Source: a candidate division FCPU426 bacterium (GTDB lineage: Bacteria; Oederibacteriota; Muellerivitia; Muellerivitales; Muellerivitaceae). Taken from it: a stretch of 64,000 nt of DNA. Within the stretch, counting starts at the first letter, position 1, and each line of letters begins with the position of its first letter. The stretch covers positions 64,001-128,000 of the forward strand of contig CAWKAR010000033.1 of NCBI GenBank assembly GCA_963847625.1, given 5' to 3'. This document shows positions 49,146 through 57,234 of this stretch, in pieces. A program made the translations under genes and the position numbers. The notes under the pieces were generated by a model that was not told the origin of the DNA, ran no database searches, and was given only the letters and a program-made list of their open reading frames with translations.

Positions 49146-49673
49146 ATGAAAAAGATCATGGTTTTTGGCTTTTTTTTAATAATTTTCTCACCGGTTTTTT
49201 CACAAGTTACGCCTGTTCCTACAAACGGAAATCAAGGTTTTTTAATGGTTTTCACCACCGTTACCCCCACTCCTTGGATCGTCAAGACGTGGAACGAAGC
49301 GAAATTGCCCTGGGATGTTTGGTTCAAGAAAAACACCATGGTCACGGATAAAACCGATTACGTGCATTTCTTCTGGAATGCGCAAGATTTCAAGGCAAAT
49401 TTCGAGGGGAAGGAAAAAAAGCTGCGTTTGTCCGAGGCCGCTTTGCAATTGGTGAAGCGGCTTTATCCCGGCGACGCCAAGGCGGACTTGGTCAAGGTCG
49501 ATATTGTTTACGTTTTGGAAAGGGATTCCTATGGCCTGCCTAAGTGGGACAGCCTGCAACAGGTCGCCCACATAGAGTTTTTAAAATCCAAGGCTTTGAA
49601 ATCAACCAAGAAAAAGAAGCGGCTATCGGAAACTGATTTATCCAAGGGTTTTGACAAATTCGTTATATATTGA
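49146..49673 (+). CDS. Hypothetical exported protein
   Basis: AGGAGG RBS, signal peptide, TP-rich linker; no family recognised. Confidence 0.7.
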   Translation: MKKIMVFGFFLIIFSPVFSQVTPVPTNGNQGFLMVFTTVTPTPWIVKTWNEAKLPWDVWFKKNTMVTDKTDYVHFFWNAQDFKANFEGKEKKLRLSEAALQLVKRLYPGDAKADLVKVDIVYVLERDSYGLPKWDSLQQVAHIEFLKSKALKSTKKKKRLSETDLSKGFDKFVIY

Positions 49674-49832
49674 CATTATCCTTCAGCCAAAGAGTAGAGA
49701 CTGAATCGGAGTTAATGGAAACCCTTTACGCTTTGAGATTTGTGTTTTCTTGAAATTGATTTTTATTCCGAATAAACTACAAATTCTTCAATACTATCAA
49801 GTTCATCGCCAATCAATTTATTTTAGTTTGAA

Positions 49833-49909
49833 GGACGTTTAGCTCAGCTGGTTAGAGCGTCGCGTTCACATCGCGAAGGTCACTGGTTCAAGTCCAGTAA
49901 CGTCCACCA
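49833..49909 (+). tRNA. tRNA-Val (anticodon CAC)
   Basis: Acceptor GGACGTT/AACGTCC, D arm AGCTCAGCTGGTTAGAGC, anticodon arm TCGCG-TTCACAT-CGCGA, GGTTCAAGTCC, encoded CCA. Confidence 0.97.
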
Positions 49910-49913
49910 CTTG

Positions 49914-49950
49914 AAAAAGCCCGTTTCCTGGGGGGAATGGGCTTTTTTTT
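49914..49950 (+). terminator. Rho-independent terminator
   Basis: AAAAAGCCCGTTTCC/GGGAATGGGC stem followed by T8. Confidence 0.85.
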
Positions 49951-49965
49951 GGCCCCCTCCCGACC

Positions 49966-50097
49966 CTACTTATCAGAAGGGGCTCGAGAGGGATGAGTTT
50001 ATGGCAGATCAGATCGTAGGCCAACAAGGTACTGACCAGGAAGTTCCCGGTTGCCGTTAAATAATCCCCGCCATAGAGTTCCGAATATGGAGGAAGG
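49966..50097 (-). pseudogene. Decayed 3' end homologous to gene 57235..59253
   Basis: PPYSELYGGDYLTATGNFLVSTLLAYDLICHKLIPLEP/SDK* versus YPLSEIGGNDHMYRGGHILVASWLAFELIRHKIVPFEPRSDKW*. Confidence 0.8.
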
Positions 50098-50196
50098 TCC
50101 AATGTATCGGGCTTAACTGTTTATATTCCCATAAGTCAGGCATAAAAACCCAATTAGGACACCGCCCTTGACCTTTTAGTTTCAGAATGAGTTAAT

Positions 50197-50982
50197 ATGG
50201 GCTTATCAATGGAAACTTTATCTCAAATCATTCAAAAATCTAAAAAACGCCTTCTTCAAATGCACTTCGAAAGCGGTGTAGGACACATCGGGGGCAATCT
50301 TTCCTGCCTGGACACCCTCATGGTTTTGCACCACCAAGTCCTAAAAAAAGAGGATCTCTTCATCCTTTCCAAGGGTCATGCCGCGGGAGCCCTTTATATC
50401 ACTCTCTGGTCGAGGGGAAAACTCAAGGATGAGGATTTAAAGCTTTTTCACAAGGAACCCACCAAACTCAGCGGCCATCCCGCCCCCAACTGGCATGAGG
50501 ATATTATTTTCGCCACCGGCAGTCTGGGGCATGGTTTTTCCCTGTCGGCCGGGCTGGCTTTGGCCAAAAAATTCAAGGGCGAATCTGGGAGGGTTTTCTG
50601 CCTGATGTCGGACGGAGAATGGCAGGAAGGCTCCAACTGGGAGGCTCTCATCTTTTCCCTCCACCAGAAATTGGAATCCTTGACTATCATCATTGACGCC
50701 AACGGCTTCCAGGGATTCGGATCGACCAAGGAAGTCGCCGGCTTGGATTCCCTGAATGGGAAATTCCGTTCTTTTGGGATGCCTACCCAGGAGGTCAATG
50801 GCCATGATTTAAATGCCATGGAGAAGGCCCTCAATCAAAACACGCCCGGACCCCGGGCCATCATCGCCAATACCGTCAAGGGCCATGGTGTTTCTTTCAT
50901 GGAAAATAAATGGGAATGGCATTACCTGCCCTTGAAAGAGGATCAGTACCGCCAAGCCCTCCAAGAGATGGAAAAACCATGA
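50197..50982 (+). CDS. Transketolase-like N-terminal (ThDP-binding) subunit
   Basis: GHIGG.LS, LSKGHA, TGSLGHG, SDGE.QEG..WEA, TVKGHG. Confidence 0.92.
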   Translation: MGLSMETLSQIIQKSKKRLLQMHFESGVGHIGGNLSCLDTLMVLHHQVLKKEDLFILSKGHAAGALYITLWSRGKLKDEDLKLFHKEPTKLSGHPAPNWHEDIIFATGSLGHGFSLSAGLALAKKFKGESGRVFCLMSDGEWQEGSNWEALIFSLHQKLESLTIIIDANGFQGFGSTKEVAGLDSLNGKFRSFGMPTQEVNGHDLNAMEKALNQNTPGPRAIIANTVKGHGVSFMENKWEWHYLPLKEDQYRQALQEMEKP

Positions 50983-51884
50983 GAAACATCTTTTGCGATA
51001 CCCTGGTTAAAAGCGCTGGCCGGCCCGACTTTGTTTTTCTCACTGGCGATTTGGGATACATGGCCCTCGAACCCCTGCAAAAAGCCGCAAAAACACGTTT
51101 TATCAACGCGGGTATTTCGGAGCAAAACATGGTATCGGTGGCGGCAGGCCTGGCTAGAGGGGGTTTTTCCCCTTGGGCCTACAGTATTGCCCCTTTTATT
51201 TACGCCCGTCCCCTGGAGCAGGTCCGTAACGACGTGTGTTTCCACGATTTGCCGGTCAAACTGGTTGCTAACGGCGGCGGCTACGCCTATGGGGTCATGG
51301 GGGCCACCCACCACGCCATCGAGGATTACGGCATCCTGCTTTCTCTTTTAAACATGCATGTTTTCGTTCCCGCTTTCGGGTCGGATATTCCGCCGATCGT
51401 GGAAAAACTCTTTCATTTAAACCATCCCTCCTATTTACGGCTGGGCCGCGATGAAAAACCCAAGGATTTGGAGATACCAAGTTACGCTCCCTGGCGAAAG
51501 GTCCTGGAAGGCGGAGGCCCTGTCCTTCTCATCGTCGGCCCTTTAGTCGGCGGAATTCTCTCCGTATTAAGCCAATTGGAAGAAAAAAAACGCCCTCGAA
51601 TTTGGGTTTTAACCGAATTGCCCCTGGAGGAAGGAACCATTCCGGCGGAATTCCTAAACGATTTGCGGCATTCCAAGCGTCTGATGGTGGCCGAGGAACA
51701 CGTGGCCCACGGGGGCGCCGGGGAAATGATAAGCCGGGTTCTTCTCTTAAAAGGGGAAGCCCCGAAACGATTTTCTCATTTTTACGCCCAAGGATACCCT
51801 TCCGGTTATTATGGGTCCCAGACTTTCCATCGAAAAGAATCCGGCTTGGCGGCGGACAACCTCTTGAAAGAATTGGAATTCTAA
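50979..51884 (+). CDS. Transketolase-like C-terminal subunit
   Basis: GISEQNMVSVAAGLA, EQVRND, GATHH..ED, YLRL, EEH; ATGA coupling. Confidence 0.92.
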   Translation: MRNIFCDTLVKSAGRPDFVFLTGDLGYMALEPLQKAAKTRFINAGISEQNMVSVAAGLARGGFSPWAYSIAPFIYARPLEQVRNDVCFHDLPVKLVANGGGYAYGVMGATHHAIEDYGILLSLLNMHVFVPAFGSDIPPIVEKLFHLNHPSYLRLGRDEKPKDLEIPSYAPWRKVLEGGGPVLLIVGPLVGGILSVLSQLEEKKRPRIWVLTELPLEEGTIPAEFLNDLRHSKRLMVAEEHVAHGGAGEMISRVLLLKGEAPKRFSHFYAQGYPSGYYGSQTFHRKESGLAADNLLKELEF

Positions 51885-53839
51885 TGCACATCGAGGAGAA
51901 GGTAAAAAAAATCCAAGGGCCCATATTGGTTTTAGGTGCCAGCGGTTTTATCGGCAGCCATCTGCTTCAAATGCTGTTGAAATACCGGGACGACGCCTTT
52001 GGCACGGTTTTCCATATCCCCGCGTGGCGGTTGGAGAGCTGCCCCCCGGCTCAGGTGCTCCACGCCGATCTCCTAGTGGACGCGAATCTGGATTCCCTTT
52101 TTAACCAGATCAACCCTAAAACGGTTTTTAACTGCGTCGCCTATGGCGCCTATTCTTTTGAAATCGACAGCTCCCTGATTTACCGCACCAATTTTAATAT
52201 GACCGAGAAAATCCTCAGCCACCTGGAAAAAAGGAGTATTGCCGCTTATGTCCATGCCGGCAGTTCTTCCGAATATGGCGATAACGCTTCAGGGCCGGTT
52301 GAAAACGATCCACTGGCCCCCAATAGCGATTACGCGGTTTCAAAGGTGGCGGCCGCGAATCTTCTTTTCTTTTATGGCTGCAAAAAAAACTTCCCCTGCG
52401 CCAACCTGCGCCTTTATTCGGTTTACGGCCCCTTGGAGGACTCCTCCCGGTTGATCCCGAACCTGGTTAAATCGGGCCTGGAAGGGAAATATCCCGAATT
52501 GGTCAACCCTGAGGTTTCACGTGACTTTGTCTATATCCAGGACGTTTGTGAAGCTTTCCTGGACACGGCCATCAACCTCAAGCCCCCTTATTACGGTGAC
52601 TCATTCAATATCGGGAGCGGAAAAAAAACCACCATCCGAGAAGCGGCAAAAATAACCGGGGAACTCTTTAAGATCAAGAATCCGCCACCCTTTAATTCCA
52701 TGCCCGAACGAAAATGGGACGTGAAAGATTGGTTTGCGGACACGCGCAAAGCCAAGGAACTCCTGGGTTGGGAAGCACGCACTTCCTTCCGGCAAGGGTT
52801 TGAGTTGACCGCCGCGTGGTATCAAAAGCTTGAGGACAAGGAAAAGTACCGGAAGTCCTCCAAACTATTCGCGTTGGATGCCAAACACAGCCTCTCCGGC
52901 GTGATTTCCTGTTATAAAAACGCCGAGACCATTCCTTTGATATACGAAAGAGTAAAGGCGGCCTTTGAAAAACTAAAAATCGATTACGAAATCATTCTCG
53001 TGAATGACAACAGCCCGGATAACAGCGAGGAAATCATTCTCGACCTCAGCCGCAAGGACGACCATGTCATCGGAGTCTCCCATTCGAGCAAATTCGGTAC
53101 CCAGGCGGCCTATCGAAGTGGAATGGAAATTTCCACCAAAAACGGGTGCGTGTTATTGAACGCCGACCTCCAGGATCCGCCGGAATTGATCGAAAAATTC
53201 GTGGAAAAATGGCGCGAAGGCAACGATGTGGTGTTTGGAAGGCAAAAAAACAGCGATATTCCTTTTTTCATGAGGACGGTTTACAACCTCTTTTATTTCA
53301 TCTTTGATTACTTCTCTTACCTGGCCATTCCCCATTATGCCGGTGACTTTTCACTGATCGACCGGCGGGTGGTGAAAGCCATCCTCCAATTCCAGGAGAG
53401 GGCCTTTTTTATGAGGGGAGTCCGGGCCTACGTGGGATTCAAACAAACGGGCGTGGACTACACCCGTACCGGAAACGCTTCGGGGAAAACCATCGCCAAT
53501 TTCTTTAAAAACATCGATAACGCGAAGAAAGGGATCCTGTCTTACAGTTATACGCCCCTATCGATCCTCAGTTTCTCAGGATCCATGCTTTTCCTTTTGA
53601 GCCTGACCCTGGGCGCCCTGCAAGTCGTCGTCCGTTTGCTTTGGCCCGACCGCGCCCCCAGGGGGACTACGACCATCCTTCTTGCTGTCCTCTTGTTCGG
53701 GTCCATTAATTTATTCGCCCTCGCCATTTTGGGCGAGTACATCGCCAAAATATTCGAGGAAGTCAAACAACGGCCGCACTTTATCCGGCGCAGCGTCATT
53801 AAGGGTGGCGAGGTCCGGTCAGTGATTGAAAATTCCTGA
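51884..53839 (+). CDS. Fusion of NDP-sugar epimerase/dehydratase and GtrB/ArnC-type polyprenyl-phosphate GT2
   Basis: GASGFIG, SSSEYG, YAVSK, RDFVY; then VNDNSPD, ADLQDPPELI, GDFSLIDR, two TMs, GEYIAKIFEEVKQRP. TAATG coupling. Confidence 0.9.
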   Translation: MHIEEKVKKIQGPILVLGASGFIGSHLLQMLLKYRDDAFGTVFHIPAWRLESCPPAQVLHADLLVDANLDSLFNQINPKTVFNCVAYGAYSFEIDSSLIYRTNFNMTEKILSHLEKRSIAAYVHAGSSSEYGDNASGPVENDPLAPNSDYAVSKVAAANLLFFYGCKKNFPCANLRLYSVYGPLEDSSRLIPNLVKSGLEGKYPELVNPEVSRDFVYIQDVCEAFLDTAINLKPPYYGDSFNIGSGKKTTIREAAKITGELFKIKNPPPFNSMPERKWDVKDWFADTRKAKELLGWEARTSFRQGFELTAAWYQKLEDKEKYRKSSKLFALDAKHSLSGVISCYKNAETIPLIYERVKAAFEKLKIDYEIILVNDNSPDNSEEIILDLSRKDDHVIGVSHSSKFGTQAAYRSGMEISTKNGCVLLNADLQDPPELIEKFVEKWREGNDVVFGRQKNSDIPFFMRTVYNLFYFIFDYFSYLAIPHYAGDFSLIDRRVVKAILQFQERAFFMRGVRAYVGFKQTGVDYTRTGNASGKTIANFFKNIDNAKKGILSYSYTPLSILSFSGSMLFLLSLTLGALQVVVRLLWPDRAPRGTTTILLAVLLFGSINLFALAILGEYIAKIFEEVKQRPHFIRRSVIKGGEVRSVIENS

Positions 53840-53915
53840 TAAAGTTGGATGAGCTTCCAAAGGCCGATCGCCAGGGTGGAACTTCCCGCTGTCCTGGTTT
53901 CCGGGTTACAATTCC

Positions 53916-54986
53916 CTAACGGGAATCACCGTAATAATAAAAAAGTTTTTTAACGTCGTTCTTCCCCCCAAAAGGTAGCTGGGTGCGCTCGATCCAGTCG
54001 ATGGCGAATATCTGGTTTCCGCGGGGCCAGGTCAGCCGTCCAAGAACTCTTCCGGTGGCGGGATGGAGGGCGACGATACCACACCGGCTCTTGCGATGGT
54101 CCAAGCCCGGGGCGTAAGAATGAAACTTCGGAAGCACCTTGGAGACTCCCACAAAGAGAACATCCTTGACGAAACAAAGACCGCGCGTCCAGCTTTCAAG
54201 CCTTTGGACCGGCACAAAACGGTCTCCGAGGATAGGCCCGACTTCGCCGAAACCGCTGTTGTCCACCCATAAGTCCTTCCCGTGGAACCGGGCTGAATGG
54301 GGCCGCGTGAGCCCGCGCACCACCATTTCGCGTGTGCGCCCGGAAAAAATCCCCCCCCTGCCTTCCACCGGGTAATCCGGATCACCGGGAACCTTCTTCG
54401 TCACTTGGTCGCTAGTAGCCGAGAAGAAAGAATCTCTCAATGTTCTTCCAGCCGCGATGGAGTTTAATTGAATGTGGTTTTTCTGAAAAATGGGTTTGCG
54501 GTCCCCGATGCATTTCGGCCACCAGACCCGCGTGGCTCCCAGGTCGTAATCCAGCCGGACGACCACATTCTGGCCGACCGCGTTTCCATGCAGTTGGGCG
54601 CCGATGAAGGCGAGATCATGCAGGTAAAGACGTCCGGGAAGAAACCGCGCGCGGGTCGGCAAAAGGGGGTTTCCCCCCAGTTCCATCAAAAGGTTGGGGT
54701 TGCGGGTACAGGCGATATGGACTGTCCCTTTTGGGCGGTTGACGGCCAAACCGGATGGATGGGGGACATGAATCCACGTGGTGGTTGGGTGGCTTAAAGC
54801 CAGGACAAGATGCTCGTATTCCCGGGTCACTAAAAGGGTGATGCCGAGCCGTTCGAGGGTTTGCTTCCATCCCTTGTCCGCCTGGCACTCCAGAAGCTTG
54901 GGATCGACGCCCGTCTCGTTCCAAAGCCCTACGATTTGCGCCGGATCGCGTAGCATAAATTGATGTTTTTCGTGTAGCGGGTTCAT
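53916..54986 (-). CDS. TIGR03032/DUF4915-like propeller protein
   Basis: LHDL, WWP, HIQLNSIA, GLTRPHSARF, LWVDNSG.G, WTRGL, VGVS. Confidence 0.75.
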   Translation of the reverse strand: MNPLHEKHQFMLRDPAQIVGLWNETGVDPKLLECQADKGWKQTLERLGITLLVTREYEHLVLALSHPTTTWIHVPHPSGLAVNRPKGTVHIACTRNPNLLMELGGNPLLPTRARFLPGRLYLHDLAFIGAQLHGNAVGQNVVVRLDYDLGATRVWWPKCIGDRKPIFQKNHIQLNSIAAGRTLRDSFFSATSDQVTKKVPGDPDYPVEGRGGIFSGRTREMVVRGLTRPHSARFHGKDLWVDNSGFGEVGPILGDRFVPVQRLESWTRGLCFVKDVLFVGVSKVLPKFHSYAPGLDHRKSRCGIVALHPATGRVLGRLTWPRGNQIFAIDWIERTQLPFGGKNDVKKLFYYYGDSR

Positions 54987-55669
54987 TTCATTCTTAACCA
55001 AAGTTGGAAGGCCCCCCAATACATGCGCGCCGCGCTTTTGAAATTCGTCGTGGACTTGCCCCCGTGGCGGCTCCATCCCCCCTGCCGTATTTCCAAAACG
55101 GGTACCTTCATCCGGCTGCATCTTGCCAGAATCTCGGCATCCAGGAGGTCGCCGTCCGAGTCCAAGGAGACGCGACGCAAGAGGCTCGAATCGAAGATTT
55201 TAGGAGTTCCATTCACATCATGGCATTTTACGCGAAAAAGAATACAGCACTCCAGGTTATACAACAGGGAGCCCATCTCCCGTAAAAAATGGCCCCGGGT
55301 GTGCCTCGAGATTTTAGCCATGGAGCCGGGTTTTTCCAAAAGTTGCTTGAAGAGCGCGGGAATCGTGGCCGGGTCGGTGCGGGCGGAATTGGCATAACAG
55401 AGAAAACGTCCCCGGGCCGATTCCAGGCCCTTTCTCACCGAAAGGCCCCATCCTCCCAACGGATTTTCAACGACACGGACATTTTTATGTTTTTTCGATA
55501 ATTCCCGGCAAATTTGAGGAGAGTTATCCCAGCAAGCGTTGGGAACCAGGATGATTTCCCAGGGTTTTCCCCGGAACTCGCTCAAATAACTATCGATGAC
55601 CCCAGCGATATGGTCGGCTTGGTTATGCACCGGAAGAACGACCGAAAGTTCCGGCTTCATCATCGCCAC
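54983..55669 (-). CDS. GT2 glycosyltransferase (DPM1-like, atypical)
   Basis: LSVVLPVHNQ, G.SVRKG, D.EIL; the DxD positions appear as N/S. Confidence 0.75.
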   Translation of the reverse strand: MAMMKPELSVVLPVHNQADHIAGVIDSYLSEFRGKPWEIILVPNACWDNSPQICRELSKKHKNVRVVENPLGGWGLSVRKGLESARGRFLCYANSARTDPATIPALFKQLLEKPGSMAKISRHTRGHFLREMGSLLYNLECCILFRVKCHDVNGTPKIFDSSLLRRVSLDSDGDLLDAEILARCSRMKVPVLEIRQGGWSRHGGKSTTNFKSAARMYWGAFQLWLRMK

Positions 55670-55687
55670 TTCCTGACGGGCAATCGA

Positions 55688-56614
55688 CTATCGCCAGAAA
55701 TCTTCGTAACCCAGGATTTTAAGCCAGGGGCCCGCTTGTTCGCCGACTTGCTTGCGTTCCTCGGCGCTTAATTCCTTCGCGGTAGCCATATTGGCCTCGG
55801 ACGTGGGGGTCCGGATGGTGCCCCAAGGATGAACCGTTTGGAGGGGTTGACTGTTCCATGACGGCTTCGCGAGTGTCGGCGCGGATTTCAAGCCGGCTTT
55901 TTCGCAAAAAGCGCCGAGCACACCCACGGGATCCTTCACGATATCCTCAAAACGAAGGACATGCACCCGTTTGGGCTCGCGTTCCTTCCAAAGCAGGGCG
56001 TAATACTGGCAAAGCGTCCAACCGATCAAGTAATGTTCGAGGGAAAGGGGAACAGCCCGTTTCTTGGTGTCCGCGTAGGCGGACCAAGGGTTGCGGACGA
56101 TGTGAAGGATTTGGAAATCCGGCGAATCCGCCAAAATCCTGGGGGCGTCCACGACGATGATGGGGCTGTAACCCACATAAGCCTGAGGATCGGACGGCCT
56201 TTTATAATCCTTCCAAGCCTCAAAGGTTGAATAGTAGAAGGATTCCACAATCCGGGCGCGGGTTCTCGGCCCCTTGGCCAGGTGTTCGATGAAGATTTTC
56301 CTGCGCTCGGCGTCGTCCAATTGCATCGGCGTGTCGCGGAACTTGCTCGACTGGGGAGTCTTGATGCGCACCTTGCATTCCTCGTCGATAATGGCGTGAT
56401 AATCCCCCGCCGGGGATGCGCTGAGATCAAAAACCGGCCAGCGGTACTTTTGGGGGAATGTCGACTCGAAATGGTCCCGTACCAGGCGGGTGCCCGGCTG
56501 GGACTCGAAAGGATATACGAACAGCTGGGGATGGCCGTCGAGCAGGCGGTGCGTCGTATTGCCGCCATTTTCGTACATCGCGGAGATCATGATCAGCTTG
56601 AATTTGTCGGGCAT
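55688..56614 (-). CDS. Sulfotransferase-fold protein
   Basis: GNTTHRLLDGHP, HIVRNP, LRFEDIV.DP, ELS.EE...V, LGYE. Confidence 0.75.
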   Translation of the reverse strand: MPDKFKLIMISAMYENGGNTTHRLLDGHPQLFVYPFESQPGTRLVRDHFESTFPQKYRWPVFDLSASPAGDYHAIIDEECKVRIKTPQSSKFRDTPMQLDDAERRKIFIEHLAKGPRTRARIVESFYYSTFEAWKDYKRPSDPQAYVGYSPIIVVDAPRILADSPDFQILHIVRNPWSAYADTKKRAVPLSLEHYLIGWTLCQYYALLWKEREPKRVHVLRFEDIVKDPVGVLGAFCEKAGLKSAPTLAKPSWNSQPLQTVHPWGTIRTPTSEANMATAKELSAEERKQVGEQAGPWLKILGYEDFWR

Positions 56615-56803
56615 GGCACGCTCCAAAATTTATTAAGGTTGAACACTTCACTTAAAAACAAGAATAATAATCATATCGCAGGAATCATCATTCCTAAAAT
56701 CAAATATTTCGACAAACATGATTAAAAAAACCGAAAATCCATGAAATTTCCAATCAAAATACGAGAAATATGATAACAACATTTCAGTTATGGAAAACTA
56801 TAC

Positions 56804-56889
56804 CGGCTGCCATGGCCCCTGGCTTGTGCCGATTTTCATAACAGACTTATGGGGAATCGGTGCATGCCCCGGCCAAGTAGCGACCCGAA
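56804..56889. mobile_element. Broken copy of the 99-nt element
   Basis: TATAC|CGGCTGCCATGGCCCCTGGCTTG ... CATGCCCCGGCCAAGTAGCGACCCGAA; middle replaced and right end missing. Confidence 0.7.
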
Positions 56890-57234
56890 ACCCTGCCTAC
56901 GCTGTGCCGATCTACAAGAAATAAATAATGAAATCGGTACTTTACCGACCTGCCCAAAAGCCTAATGGATAGTCGGCATGTGGTGCGGAGGGCCATCTCT
57001 TGACAAATCAGCCAGGATTTTTAAGAAGAAACGATTTGACCCTTCAAAGGACATTGTTGGGGGAAGCGAACAAAGTCCTTGCCCTGAGGAATGTTAACAG
57101 GCTGACGGAAATTCACCGTGTTACTATGGGGCCTCCGAAACCCACTCCCCCACTTGATGAAGTGTCCCCGCTTGAACCCTAGGTTGGTTTTTTTGCGAAA
57201 ATGAATCAGTAAAATTATTAAAAATCGTATTGAA

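Noticed and set aside
49833..57230. Integrative element at tRNA-Val
   Set aside because: No integrase and no duplicated tRNA 3' end was seen.
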